The translations under genes were made by a program, and so were the position numbers. This document shows positions 28,398 to 38,434 of a DNA stretch of 64,000 nucleotides, in pieces. Below the pieces are notes generated by a model, which was given only the letters and a program-made list of their open reading frames with translations, was not told the DNA's origin and ran no database searches. How positions within the stretch are numbered: position 1 is the stretch's first letter; every line of letters starts with the position of its first letter. Source of the DNA: an archaeon (lineage in GTDB: Archaea; Iainarchaeota; Iainarchaeia; Iainarchaeales; 0-14-0-20-34-12); contig JBBSVU010000006.1 in NCBI GenBank assembly GCA_038046645.1, forward strand, positions 10,304 through 74,303. The letters are read 5' to 3'.

Positions 28398-28817
28398 ATG
28401 GATTTGCAGGAATTAAAGATTAGCTTTAGGGATGTTTTTGAATTGCCTAAAAGCAAAAGGGCTAATAAATTAGTGAATAAACTTAAAAATTTGTATAAAA
28501 CAAAGAAAATGCCGGTAAAACTTTCAAATAAATTGAACGAATTTATTTGGGAAAGGGGCAGGGAAAAGGTTCCACGTTTGCTAGACCTTATTGTTGCAAA
28601 GGAAAAGGATGCAATATATATGTTCTTAGCAACAGAGAGAAAGGAAGCAGAAAAAATGCTTGCTGAGAAGAAGAAAAAATCAGAAAAAGAGAAAGTAAAG
28701 AAGGAAGAAAAATCCAAGGTCTCAAAGGAAGAGAAGAAAGAACTAGAAGTACAGGAGAAAAAGACTGAAGAAAAGCAGGCATTAGAACAAGATTTCGCAA
28801 AGACAGCTATGAAGTAA
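28398..28817 (+). CDS. rpl31e: Ribosomal protein eL31 with K/E-rich C-terminal extension
   Basis: LNEFIWERGREKVPRLLDLIVAKE core. Conserved gene order. Confidence 0.7.
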   Translation: MDLQELKISFRDVFELPKSKRANKLVNKLKNLYKTKKMPVKLSNKLNEFIWERGREKVPRLLDLIVAKEKDAIYMFLATERKEAEKMLAEKKKKSEKEKVKKEEKSKVSKEEKKELEVQEKKTEEKQALEQDFAKTAMK

Positions 28818-28833
28818 TTGTTAGTGTTTTTTC

Positions 28834-29496
28834 ATGCATATTGATAAAGGATACATCAGAGCAAGCCCCTATGTCGGGATTTTTATGCGGGCTTCTGATG
28901 ACTTTATCCTTGTGCCTGATTCTATTTCTGATAAAGAATTTTCACAGGTTGCAAGTGTTTTTACAAACACTAAAATCATTAAATGCTCAATGGCTGGTTC
29001 TCAGTTAATAGGCATACTAAGTATTTCACTGAAGAATAAAATAGCAGTTTCGGATATTGTTACTGAGAAAGAAATTGCGCATTTAAGGCATTACGGATTG
29101 CAAGTCCATGTAATAAAAGGGGTAAGTGCCATTGGAAACCTTGTTTGTTTGAATGAATTTGGCGGGTTGTGCAGCAAGGCATTAACCGAATCCCAAGTTA
29201 AAGAACTCGCAACCTTTTTTGAAATACCCTTTCTGAGAATGACAATTGCAAAGTCTGACCTTGTTGGGGCATCATGTGTTGCAACAAGCAAAGGATTTAT
29301 TGTTAATCCTGGAATTAATGAGGAAGAATTCAAAAAAATAAAATCAATTTTTAAAATAAATGGCCAATTAACCTCTTCAAATTATGGTGACCGTTTTGTT
29401 GGCAATGGCATTATTGCTAACAACAATGGTGTTTTGGTCGGTGACCATACCACAACACATGAGCTAATAAGGATAGATGAAGCTTTCAGGGAATGA
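28834..29496 (+). CDS. eif6: Translation initiation factor 6 (aIF6)
   Basis: Pentameric repeat pattern (GIFMRASDDFILVP, IGNLVCLNEFGGL, GNGIIANNNGVLVG). 220 aa. Confidence 0.85.
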   Translation: MHIDKGYIRASPYVGIFMRASDDFILVPDSISDKEFSQVASVFTNTKIIKCSMAGSQLIGILSISLKNKIAVSDIVTEKEIAHLRHYGLQVHVIKGVSAIGNLVCLNEFGGLCSKALTESQVKELATFFEIPFLRMTIAKSDLVGASCVATSKGFIVNPGINEEEFKKIKSIFKINGQLTSSNYGDRFVGNGIIANNNGVLVGDHTTTHELIRIDEAFRE

Positions 29497-29564
29497 GCTT
29501 TTAGGCAAAACATACATAATTATTATTTGTTAACATGATATATGATTACAAATAAGGTGATTTT

Positions 29565-30053
29565 ATGGCAGAAGCAAATAAGGAAGTGAAGCTTTCTTTA
29601 GACCAAGTATTTAATTTATATCAAACCCAAAGAAATCAGTTGGAAGGGATTGCCCAGCAGATGAATACTCTTAACAATTATGTTATTGATGTAAACAATG
29701 CAGAGCAGTCAATGAAGGAATTGCAGGAAAATACAGCAAATGAGATATTATTTTCAATAGGTTCTGGAGTTCATATTGCTGCGGAGCTCAAGGATTTGAA
29801 AAAAGTAAAAGTAAATTTGGGAGTAGATATCTTTGAAGATATGTCCTTAGATAACACAAAAACATTTCTAGAGAAGAAAAAGGCAGATTTGGTTAAAGTA
29901 ATGGAGCGTTTAAAGCAACAGGAGCAGGAGCTTCTGAAAAGTATTGCTGGCTTGGAACAGGTATTGAATGCCGCACAGCATAAAATGGTTGAAGCGCAAA
30001 AAGCCCAGCAAGCCCAAGGAAATGTAAAGAAACCATTGCCAATCATCTCGTAA
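29565..30053 (+). CDS. pfdA: Prefoldin alpha subunit
   Basis: Coiled coil - beta hairpins - coiled coil pattern. Position between eif6 and ftsY. Confidence 0.65.
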   Translation: MAEANKEVKLSLDQVFNLYQTQRNQLEGIAQQMNTLNNYVIDVNNAEQSMKELQENTANEILFSIGSGVHIAAELKDLKKVKVNLGVDIFEDMSLDNTKTFLEKKKADLVKVMERLKQQEQELLKSIAGLEQVLNAAQHKMVEAQKAQQAQGNVKKPLPIIS

Positions 30054-30198
30054 TTGGCAATCTTTTTTCTATTTGTCAAAAATTCTTCTTTTTGACTTAC
30101 AACGTTAGGCTTGCGCAAGCTGCAGATTTCCGATATTTTTAGGGAAATTTAGTGGATTTATTAATCCAAATATTTTTAGGCATTCCCTTGCTTAATTC

Positions 30199-31413
30199 TT
30201 GAATACTATGTTTGATATTTTAAAGAATAAAATAAAGGGATTTACTGACAAGCTAAAGCAAAAAATTGGTGCTGAGCCGCAGGCCGAAAAAGTACAAGCA
30301 GAAGAAAAACAGGCTGATGCAGAAATTATTGAAAAATCCCCTTTGCCTGAAGAAACCTTCGCTGAAGAACCAATTGAAGAAAAACCAGCAGAATTGGAAG
30401 AACCCGAAAGTTTAGAAAAACCTGCTGCAGAACCGGCTAAAGAAACTCAAAAAATTACTGAAGTTCAAAAGAATGGCAGCATTGATTTAGAGAAATTAAA
30501 AGTAGATGATAAAAGAGAAATTAAGGCATCGGTTTCAGCCACTTCCCAACTAAAAAGCTTTTTTAGTTCCCATATTGTTATTTCAGAAAAAGATATTGAC
30601 GAGTTATTGTATGATTTTGAATTAGCATTGCTCGAATCCGATGTTGACCAGGATACTGCAACATTCCTTTGTGAAAAAATAAAAAAAGAGCTTGTTGGCA
30701 AGAAGATTCCAAAAGGAAAAGAATTTGACAATTTCATCAAGCAGGAAATAAAGAATGTATTTGCAGAATCAATTTGTGTTGAACACCAGAATATTTTATC
30801 TTTGATAAAAAATAAAACAGAAAAGCCGTTTGTGATTCTTTTTTTAGGCCCTAACGGAGCTGGGAAAAGCACCAGCATGGCAAAATTAACAAACCTGCTT
30901 CAGAAAAACAATCTTTCAGTTATTTGGTCTGCTTCTGATACTTTCAGGGCAGCAGCAATTGAACAGCTTGAAAAGCATGCCGAGCGTCTGAATGTTAGAT
31001 TAGTGAAACATAAATATGGATCAGATCCTGCAGCTGTTGCATTTGATGCGGTCAGTTCCGCAAAGGCAAAGAAGATTGACCTTGTTTTGATTGATTCTGC
31101 TGGAAGGCAAGATACTAACCAGAACCTTATGGAAGAACTCAAAAAAATCGTGAGAGTAATTAAACCAGATTTGAAAATCTTTGTTGGGGAAGCCCTCTCC
31201 GGAAGATCCCTCTTGGAGCAAGCAAAAGTATTTGATAAGGAATTATCAATAGATGGCTTTATCCTGACAAAGATAGATACTGACACAAAGGGCGGAACAT
31301 CTATTTCTTTATTGCATACCCTGAAAAAACCAATTTTCTATATTGGAATTGGTCAGGGATATGATGATCTGTTAGAATTCAGCAATGAGTTTATTGTTGA
31401 TAGAATTGTATAA
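30199..31413 (+). CDS. ftsY: Signal recognition particle receptor FtsY
   Basis: Acidic N-terminal region followed by an NG domain (GPNGAGKSTS, DTFRAAAIEQL, DSAGRQ, TKIDTDTKGG). Confidence 0.9.
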   Translation: MNTMFDILKNKIKGFTDKLKQKIGAEPQAEKVQAEEKQADAEIIEKSPLPEETFAEEPIEEKPAELEEPESLEKPAAEPAKETQKITEVQKNGSIDLEKLKVDDKREIKASVSATSQLKSFFSSHIVISEKDIDELLYDFELALLESDVDQDTATFLCEKIKKELVGKKIPKGKEFDNFIKQEIKNVFAESICVEHQNILSLIKNKTEKPFVILFLGPNGAGKSTSMAKLTNLLQKNNLSVIWSASDTFRAAAIEQLEKHAERLNVRLVKHKYGSDPAAVAFDAVSSAKAKKIDLVLIDSAGRQDTNQNLMEELKKIVRVIKPDLKIFVGEALSGRSLLEQAKVFDKELSIDGFILTKIDTDTKGGTSISLLHTLKKPIFYIGIGQGYDDLLEFSNEFIVDRIV

Positions 31414-31508
31414 ATTCCATTATTTTTTAGCTAAAACATAAAAGTAATAAAGCAAAAATAGAAAAATAAAGGGAAAAATCCCTTTACTTTATTAAAATTT
31501 TACTTATT

Positions 31509-32639
31509 TTACACTAAGGTTTTTGGCTCAACGAAAGGCAAACCAAATGCGTCCGCAACTCCCTTGTGGGTAATCTTTCCCTTGTATATATTCAATCCTC
31601 TCATGAAACCATCATCATCCTTCAATGCCTTCAATCCCTTGTTTGCAAGCTTTATTGCATAAGGCAAGGTAGCTGTTGTTAATGCAATTGTGCTAGTCCT
31701 TGGATATGCCCCAGGCATATTAGCAACACAATAATGTGTTACCCCCCCTACCTTATATACTGGGTCTGCATGCGTTGTTGCATGGCTTGTTTCTACACAT
31801 CCACCCTGGTCAATCGCAACATCCACAATAACTGAACCGTCCTGCATTGTCAGTACCATGTCTTTAGAAATTACTTTCGGGGCTTTTGCTCCTTCAACTA
31901 AAACTGCGCCAACAACTAAATCAGCATCTAAAATTTCTTTCGCAACCTTTGCTTTGTCTGATTTTTCAAATCTTGCTTTAGGGTATTTTTTCTTCAATTC
32001 TGCTATTCTTTTATCACTTAATTCAAAAAGAACTACATCTCCCCTTAACCCATATGCATTCATTAGGGCATTCTCACCTACAACCCCTCCTCCAATAATA
32101 ACTGTTTTTGAAGGTTTGGTATTTTCTACTGGTGACAACAACATCCCTCTCCCTTGGAACGGTTTTGCCAGATAATAAGCACCCATTATTACTGCCATTT
32201 GCCCAGCTACCTCACTCATCGGCTTTAAGAGTGGCAATTTTCCGTCTTTTTCAACAGTTTCATATGCTACACAACATATCTTTCTTTTTAACATTTCATC
32301 AGTCAATTGTTTTCCCGAGGCAAAGTGGAAATAGGTAAACAATATTTGGTCTTCTCTGAAATGGTCATATTCCTGAGGCAATGGTTCTTTTACTTTTATT
32401 ACCATATCTGATTTTGTGCATACCTCTTTTGGTGTTGCCAATAGTTGAGCACCAGCAGCAGTATATTCCTCATCCTTAAATCCAGAACCTAAGCCTGCTC
32501 CCTTCTCTACAAAAACAGTATGGCCGGCTTTTGTTAATTCTTTTGCTCCGCTAGGAGCCAAACCAACCCTGTTTTCGTTGTTTTTTATTTCTTTAATAGT
32601 TCCAACTATCAAATTCTCGCCCCCCATCATAGATGGCAA
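31509..32639 (-). CDS. ald: Alanine dehydrogenase
   Basis: KEIKNNENRVGLAP N-terminus and NAD-binding GGGVVG motif. Confidence 0.85.
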   Translation of the reverse strand: MPSMMGGENLIVGTIKEIKNNENRVGLAPSGAKELTKAGHTVFVEKGAGLGSGFKDEEYTAAGAQLLATPKEVCTKSDMVIKVKEPLPQEYDHFREDQILFTYFHFASGKQLTDEMLKRKICCVAYETVEKDGKLPLLKPMSEVAGQMAVIMGAYYLAKPFQGRGMLLSPVENTKPSKTVIIGGGVVGENALMNAYGLRGDVVLFELSDKRIAELKKKYPKARFEKSDKAKVAKEILDADLVVGAVLVEGAKAPKVISKDMVLTMQDGSVIVDVAIDQGGCVETSHATTHADPVYKVGGVTHYCVANMPGAYPRTSTIALTTATLPYAIKLANKGLKALKDDDGFMRGLNIYKGKITHKGVADAFGLPFVEPKTLV

Positions 32640-32785
32640 ACAAACTCTGAGATTAAAGTATTAAATAGCTTTGCTTTTTCAAGCTGCAGATTCCCTGCAA
32701 TTGTCGATTATCAACTGCAGGGTTGTTTTTATGCAGTAAAAAGCGTTCAATTATTTGATAAATATTATGTTTTACAAAAGTAACT

Positions 32786-34132
32786 ATGCTTGGCGAAAAA
32801 CTAAGACAGGCCTTGGACATACTTCAACATTCTGCTTTAGACCGAGATACAATTAAAGCAGTAACAAAAGAAATGCAAAGAGCCTTAATCTCAAGTGACG
32901 TTCCCCTTGATTTAGTTTTAGACTTAAGCAAAAAGATTGAAGAATTCTCAAATGAAAAGCCGCAAGCAAATATTACTATTAGGGAACATTTGATAAGAAA
33001 AATTTATGATAGTTTGGCAGAATTGCTTGGCGGAGATTTTGAATTACCACAAACAAAAAAAATTCTCCTTGTTGGACTTTTTGGGACTGGTAAAACGACA
33101 ACCACCGCTAGATTGGCAAAGTGGTATGCAAAAAGAGGCAAGTCTGTTTTAGTTGTTTGTGCAGATACTTTTAGGCCAGCAAGTTATGAACAATTGCAGC
33201 AGCTTTCCGAGAAAGCACAAGTAGCGTTTTATGGTGAAAAAAATGAAAAATTGCCTTATAAAATTGTCCAAAATGCTTTGCAGAAATTCAAGGATAAAGA
33301 CATTATAATTGTTGATTCAGCAGGAAGAAGTGCTCTTGATAGGGAAATGGTTGATGAGGTAAAAGACATCCACATGGTATTTGCTGCAGATCAGAACTGG
33401 CTTGTTCTTTCAGCAGATATCGGGCAGGTTGCGAACAAACAAGCAAAAGCATTCCATGATGCTATCGGAGTTAACGGAATTATAATTACCAAGATGGATG
33501 GTTCAGCAAAAGGAGGAGGTGCATTAGCAGCATGTCACCAGACAAAAGCGCCTGTTTATTTCATTGGAGTAGGGGAAAAGCTTGAGGATTTGGAACAGTT
33601 TAATGCTACGCGTTATTTGAGCAGGATACTTGGATATGGCGATTTGCAATCCTTAATTGAAAAAACAGCAGAGCTTTCATCTGATGAAGAATTGTCGCCA
33701 GAGGATTTGTTAAAAGGCGATTTTACATTAAAAACATTTTACAAACAATTAGAAATGGCCCGTAAGATTGGGCCTTTTGCCAAAGTAGCGGAAATGCTTG
33801 GCATGAAACAGCATCTACAGGCCGAACAGCTAAAAGTAGGGGAAGAGAAACTTAAATCCTATAAAGTAATCATGGACAGCATGACTCCGCAAGAGTTAAA
33901 TGACCCTGATATTTTAAGCAAGCAAAGAATCCACAGGATTGCAAAAGGTTCAGGAAAATCAGAATCAGATGTCCGTGACCTTATCAAGCAGTACAACCAA
34001 ATGGCAAAGATGTTCAAGCAGTTCAGCAAGCTGAATGAAAAGGATTTGCAAAATATGGATCAATCAAAGATGCAGCGCATGATGAAAAAAATGCAGCTTG
34101 GCGGAAAGAAAAAGAGATTGCTCATACGGTAA
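32786..34132 (+). CDS. srp54: Signal recognition particle protein SRP54
   Basis: N, G (GLFGTGKTTT, DTFRPASYEQL, DSAGR, TKMDGSAKGG) and Met-rich M domains. Confidence 0.9.
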   Translation: MLGEKLRQALDILQHSALDRDTIKAVTKEMQRALISSDVPLDLVLDLSKKIEEFSNEKPQANITIREHLIRKIYDSLAELLGGDFELPQTKKILLVGLFGTGKTTTTARLAKWYAKRGKSVLVVCADTFRPASYEQLQQLSEKAQVAFYGEKNEKLPYKIVQNALQKFKDKDIIIVDSAGRSALDREMVDEVKDIHMVFAADQNWLVLSADIGQVANKQAKAFHDAIGVNGIIITKMDGSAKGGGALAACHQTKAPVYFIGVGEKLEDLEQFNATRYLSRILGYGDLQSLIEKTAELSSDEELSPEDLLKGDFTLKTFYKQLEMARKIGPFAKVAEMLGMKQHLQAEQLKVGEEKLKSYKVIMDSMTPQELNDPDILSKQRIHRIAKGSGKSESDVRDLIKQYNQMAKMFKQFSKLNEKDLQNMDQSKMQRMMKKMQLGGKKKRLLIR

Positions 34133-34162
34133 AAAAATAAATCTAAGTATTGTTGATGGCTT

Positions 34163-34966
34163 ATGTTATTTTTGGAAATCAGATTGGCAATATTATTTTT
34201 AGTCTGCGTTCTGGCAACAATTACTGACCTAAAAAAAGGCTTAATCTATGATAAAATTACCCTGCCCGCCGTAGGTTTAGGGATCATCCTTAATATCCTT
34301 GATTTTAACATTTATAATTTTGCAATCCCCTTTTTTGTTTTCATCTTCTTTTTGATTTTATATTACTTAGGCAAGCTTGGGGGCGGGGATGTTAAATTAT
34401 TCCTAGCAGTTTCTTTATTGCTCCCATTTTACAACGACCAAATCTTTATCATTCCGGCATTATTTTTTTCTGCGTTGTTTTCAGTTATTTTCCTTTCGGT
34501 TTTTTACACAGTGAAATATATAAAATCAGGGATTGATTTGCAGAAAAACAAAAAGGGCATTCTGCAAGCATCAGTGCTTGCAATGTTGATTTTAGTTTAC
34601 GGCTTTTTTATGTTATCTACAGCCACACTTTCACTGAATTCTGTTTTGTTCATTACAATTCCATTGCTTTTTGCCATGCCTTTTTTGGCTTTCCAGAGCG
34701 GAATAAAGGAAAAATTCTTTTTGAAATATGTTTCTCTTTCTGATCTTGAGGAAGATGAGGTAATTGCAAAGGAATTCTTTGAAAATAAGGAGATGTTCCA
34801 GGCAAAAGGGATAATTACTGAAGAGGATAAAATAAAATTAAAACAACTAGATATAGACAAAGTCCCTGTTTACCGGGAATTGCCGCCATTTGCCCCCTTC
34901 TTTCTAGTTGGAACAATTTTGGCATTATTATTCCCAAATTTTTTAAGCCTGCTTTTTATTTCCTGA
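34163..34966 (+). CDS. A24-family prepilin/preflagellin peptidase (polytopic membrane protein)
   Basis: TDLKKGLIYD and GGGDVKL catalytic Asp motifs within transmembrane helices. Confidence 0.65.
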   Translation: MLFLEIRLAILFLVCVLATITDLKKGLIYDKITLPAVGLGIILNILDFNIYNFAIPFFVFIFFLILYYLGKLGGGDVKLFLAVSLLLPFYNDQIFIIPALFFSALFSVIFLSVFYTVKYIKSGIDLQKNKKGILQASVLAMLILVYGFFMLSTATLSLNSVLFITIPLLFAMPFLAFQSGIKEKFFLKYVSLSDLEEDEVIAKEFFENKEMFQAKGIITEEDKIKLKQLDIDKVPVYRELPPFAPFFLVGTILALLFPNFLSLLFIS

Positions 34967-35048
34967 AACGTTAATTATAAATTCTGCAGATGTGCTATAC
35001 ATATACCACACAGTAAATTTGGATTTATATTCTTTGGAGGGATTTTTT

Positions 35049-35561
35049 ATGGCAAAGAGTCATGGCATTAACAGAGGTTTATGGGTTACCTTGGGAGTTG
35101 TTGCTGCTGTTGCCGGCGGGTTTGCTGGTTCGCAGGTTAATACAATGGGCCAAGCATATGATTTGGCAAGAAGGGAATTTTCTGAAGCAGAAGTTAGGAA
35201 ATATACTAAAGAGATTGATAGGTTAACTTGGGCTGTTGCTGGTGAAAAAATAAATTTGGGCATAGATACAGTTGTAGGAAAAGATACTGCCTGGAGAGAA
35301 AAAAAGATAGATTCAATGGCCAAGCGTGTTGAAGGAATGAAATTTGATAAATACCGTATTGGAACCGGAAGGCTTTCTTTTTTGGAGCATTTTAAAGTAA
35401 TAAAAGGCGCACCAAAATTCTTTAAACCAACTCTCCCAAAAACGGCTAAACGAATGAAGCAGGCTGGAATGGGTGCAGGTGCAGGGGCTGGATTTATTGC
35501 TTTAGGTGCTGCAGCAGCTGCAATCAGGAGAAGAAGAAGCCATCACCACGCAAGAAGATAA
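35049..35561 (+). CDS. Hypothetical membrane-anchored protein with Ala/Gly-rich C-terminal TM and basic tail (RRRRSHHHARR)
   Basis: SD sequence GGAGGG before the ATG at 35049. N-terminal and C-terminal hydrophobic segments. Confidence 0.4.
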   Translation: MAKSHGINRGLWVTLGVVAAVAGGFAGSQVNTMGQAYDLARREFSEAEVRKYTKEIDRLTWAVAGEKINLGIDTVVGKDTAWREKKIDSMAKRVEGMKFDKYRIGTGRLSFLEHFKVIKGAPKFFKPTLPKTAKRMKQAGMGAGAGAGFIALGAAAAAIRRRRSHHHARR

Positions 35562-35762
35562 TTATAATTATAGCAAACGACATTAATTTTTGAACAAATA
35601 TTATCGTTTACTAGATAGCAAATGACATTGAGTTGGTCAATTATTTTTGTCATTTGCTATATCTTCTTATCCCCCTGAGTTTATTCCTTGCGCAGAAAAA
35701 TCCTCCTGCCTTAAACCTATGCAAGGCATGAAAAAATAAGAGAAATTCAGATTAAAAAGAAA

Positions 35763-36563
35763 TTATTTTATTGGTTTAAGCAGATTATAATCTACAGGAA
35801 TCTTCTTGATTAAGCTATAATTTATTGGGATCTTTTTGAATTTTCCAACACTTGAATATAATACAAACAGCCCAAATTTATCCCCTGCCTCTAATGTCCT
35901 TAAATCATAGCTTCCTTTAGTACTTTGTGCCATCCCAAACATAGTATTGCTTTCACAACCTTGGGCCCAAACATCCGCCAACCCTATGGCATGGCCTAAT
36001 TCATGTGTTAATATCCCTTGAAAATCTATTTTGTTCTGGTTCTGCAAGTAATCGCCCCAGTCAAAATCCTTTGCATTGAATTCTATGTTTGCGCCAATTA
36101 TCTTGTCTCCATAATAGTAATATTTTGCTTGTGCTGGTATGTATTTTCCCAATTTTGAATCCTTATTGAAATAAATGAAAGTATTGTCACCAGAGGTTTC
36201 TATGCTTGAATTAGGGTCAATTCCTACGATCCCAAATATGTTCGTGTTATACATTTCCCAAGCATTTATTGTATTTTTTGTTGCATTTTCTACTGCCAAA
36301 CTGCTTAATCCGGAATAATTTGTCGGGTTTACCAAAATATTCAGCGGTTCTTTTACCTTTGGCCCAATGAATCCATAGCATTTCTGTTCTGGCTCAGGTG
36401 ATGATGATGCCAATGGCAGAAAATTCGGATTTTGAGGAATAGTTTTTTCTGTGAGATTGTTCTTTTTTGCATACTCCTGGCTGATTGCATATGAAAATCC
36501 AGCCAGTAAAACTATCAGAATTATTATGCTAAATAATCGCATTACATTTACCTTATTGCTCAT
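35763..36563 (-). CDS. Secreted metzincin-like zinc metalloprotease (HELGHAIGLAD)
   Basis: N-terminal signal/TM segment. HExxHxxGxxD motif. Confidence 0.65.
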   Translation of the reverse strand: MSNKVNVMRLFSIIILIVLLAGFSYAISQEYAKKNNLTEKTIPQNPNFLPLASSSPEPEQKCYGFIGPKVKEPLNILVNPTNYSGLSSLAVENATKNTINAWEMYNTNIFGIVGIDPNSSIETSGDNTFIYFNKDSKLGKYIPAQAKYYYYGDKIIGANIEFNAKDFDWGDYLQNQNKIDFQGILTHELGHAIGLADVWAQGCESNTMFGMAQSTKGSYDLRTLEAGDKFGLFVLYSSVGKFKKIPINYSLIKKIPVDYNLLKPIK

Positions 36564-36631
36564 AATAATCTTCTGAAAAGAACTGTTTAAAAAGGCGGAA
36601 TTTATTGGGTTTTCCCTTATTTCTGCTATGC

Positions 36632-36973
36632 TTAATTAACTGCTTTTCTTAAGGCTTTCTTAAAACCGCACTCCTTGCAAACAACCCTTTCAAAGCCTTT
36701 TTCAATAACAATCTCGGCATTTTTCCCTTTCTTCAAGAATGCACCGCATTTCTTGCAGAATTTTTCCTTGAATTCCTTTGGAATCTTTACCCTATTCCGT
36801 GTTCCGATCTTCCTTACCAATTCAACATATCTCTTGCTTCTTTCAGGGTGCTTTTCAAACTCTGTTTCAGCTAACTCAAATAATCGGTAAATCCTTTCCA
36901 AAGAAATCTTTTCCACAAAACCCTTATTTGCCATAAAAATCATTTTCTTTTTGTTATCCTTAGAAACATTCAT
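36632..36973 (-). CDS. rnp4: RNase P protein component 4 (Rpp21/Rpr2)
   Basis: Helical N-terminus followed by a zinc ribbon (CKKCG...CKECG). Confidence 0.7.
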   Translation of the reverse strand: MNVSKDNKKKMIFMANKGFVEKISLERIYRLFELAETEFEKHPERSKRYVELVRKIGTRNRVKIPKEFKEKFCKKCGAFLKKGKNAEIVIEKGFERVVCKECGFKKALRKAVN

Positions 36974-37082
36974 GCAGGCATACTGAAACTGGATTAACTG
37001 TTATTTTAAACTGAATTATTAATTCATGCGATAGAAAGGGTTAAAAAGATATTACTCTATTATTAACAATATTAAAATTATA

Positions 37083-38411
37083 GTGTATACTAAAATTCAT
37101 AAGTATATTATTTTGGTAATGAGGCAAAAACATATGCTGGAAAATAAAAATGGGAAATTTTTCCCAAGAAAACTGTTTTCGCCTTTGTTGTCGCTGGCAA
37201 GGGATAAAAAAGTTTCTTTGATTTTAGGCGCAAGACAGACAGGAAAAACCACCCTTCTAAAGCAGCTTTACTTAGAATTTTCTAAGGCTAACAAATGCCT
37301 TTTTTTAGATTTGGATGTTTTGTCAAATTATGAAAAAGTCAGCACCTTTGAAAAGTTGTTGAACACCATTAAAGTTAATGAGTATGCTGAAGATCAGAAG
37401 GATTTCTTTTTTCTGTTTCTTGATGAATTCCAAAAATATCCTTCAATGACAAAGATTATGAAAAATGTTTATGATAACTTAGACAATGTTAAGATCTATG
37501 CGTCAGGTTCTTCTTCTGTGACTATAAAAGATCAGGTGCAGGAATCATTAGCTGGGAGAAAGAGGATTATCGAGCTTTTTCCGCTTGATTTTGAAGAATT
37601 TTTATGGTTCAAGCAAAGGCATAAGCTTGCTAAAAACCTTTTAAATATAAGCAAATTGAAGGGGAGGGATTTGCATTCTTCACTGAAGGAGTATTATGCC
37701 TTGTTGGAGGAATTTCTCATTTTTGGCGGTTACCCTGAGGTTGCCTTGAAAAGCACTAAGGAAGAAAAAATCGAGGTGCTCTCAAGCATTTTTGATCTTT
37801 ATGTTAAAAAAGACCTGGTTGAGTACTTAAATATGGAAAAAATTCTTGAAACAAAGAAGTTGATTGAATTTTTAGCAGTGAATAACGGGCAAAAAATAAA
37901 ATATGAGGCTCTATCTGCAATTACTTCTTTAACGTTTAATGAAATAAAAAGGCAGATTGAAATATTAAGCGAAACTTATGTTATTGAAGTTTTGAGACCA
38001 TTTTACACCAATAAGAATAAAGAGATAGTAAAGATCCCCAAGATTTATTTTGTAGACCCTGGCGTAAGAAATTTTTTCATAAATAATTTCAATGGATTAG
38101 CATTAAGGAATGACTATGGTTTCCTGTTTGAAGGGTTTGTGATATCCGAACTTTTGAAGAAGGGAACAAGAAACCTGAAATTCTGGCAAGATAAGAACGG
38201 AAATGAAGTTGATATCATTATTGAAGGTACTGGTTTAATTCCAATTGAAGTAAAATTCAAGCAAAACCTAAAGTCAGAAGATTTTAGGGGCATTGAAGCG
38301 TTCTTGAAGGAATACACTAAAGTGAAAAAGAGTTATTTAATCAACCTGAATTTCCAAAAAACCCAAAGAAAAATCAAATTCATTTTGCCATACTGCCTAA
38401 ATCTGCGGTGA
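37083..38411 (+). CDS. AAA-family ATPase with DUF4143-type C-terminus
   Basis: Walker A motif GARQTGKTTLL. 442 aa. Confidence 0.7.
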   Translation: MYTKIHKYIILVMRQKHMLENKNGKFFPRKLFSPLLSLARDKKVSLILGARQTGKTTLLKQLYLEFSKANKCLFLDLDVLSNYEKVSTFEKLLNTIKVNEYAEDQKDFFFLFLDEFQKYPSMTKIMKNVYDNLDNVKIYASGSSSVTIKDQVQESLAGRKRIIELFPLDFEEFLWFKQRHKLAKNLLNISKLKGRDLHSSLKEYYALLEEFLIFGGYPEVALKSTKEEKIEVLSSIFDLYVKKDLVEYLNMEKILETKKLIEFLAVNNGQKIKYEALSAITSLTFNEIKRQIEILSETYVIEVLRPFYTNKNKEIVKIPKIYFVDPGVRNFFINNFNGLALRNDYGFLFEGFVISELLKKGTRNLKFWQDKNGNEVDIIIEGTGLIPIEVKFKQNLKSEDFRGIEAFLKEYTKVKKSYLINLNFQKTQRKIKFILPYCLNLR

Positions 38412-38434
38412 GTTTCTGGCAAAATAAATTTTTT

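Noticed and set aside
28208-28717. 169-aa minus-strand ORF
   Set aside because: Antisense to the conserved rpl39e/rpl31e genes. Phe/Ser-rich artefact.
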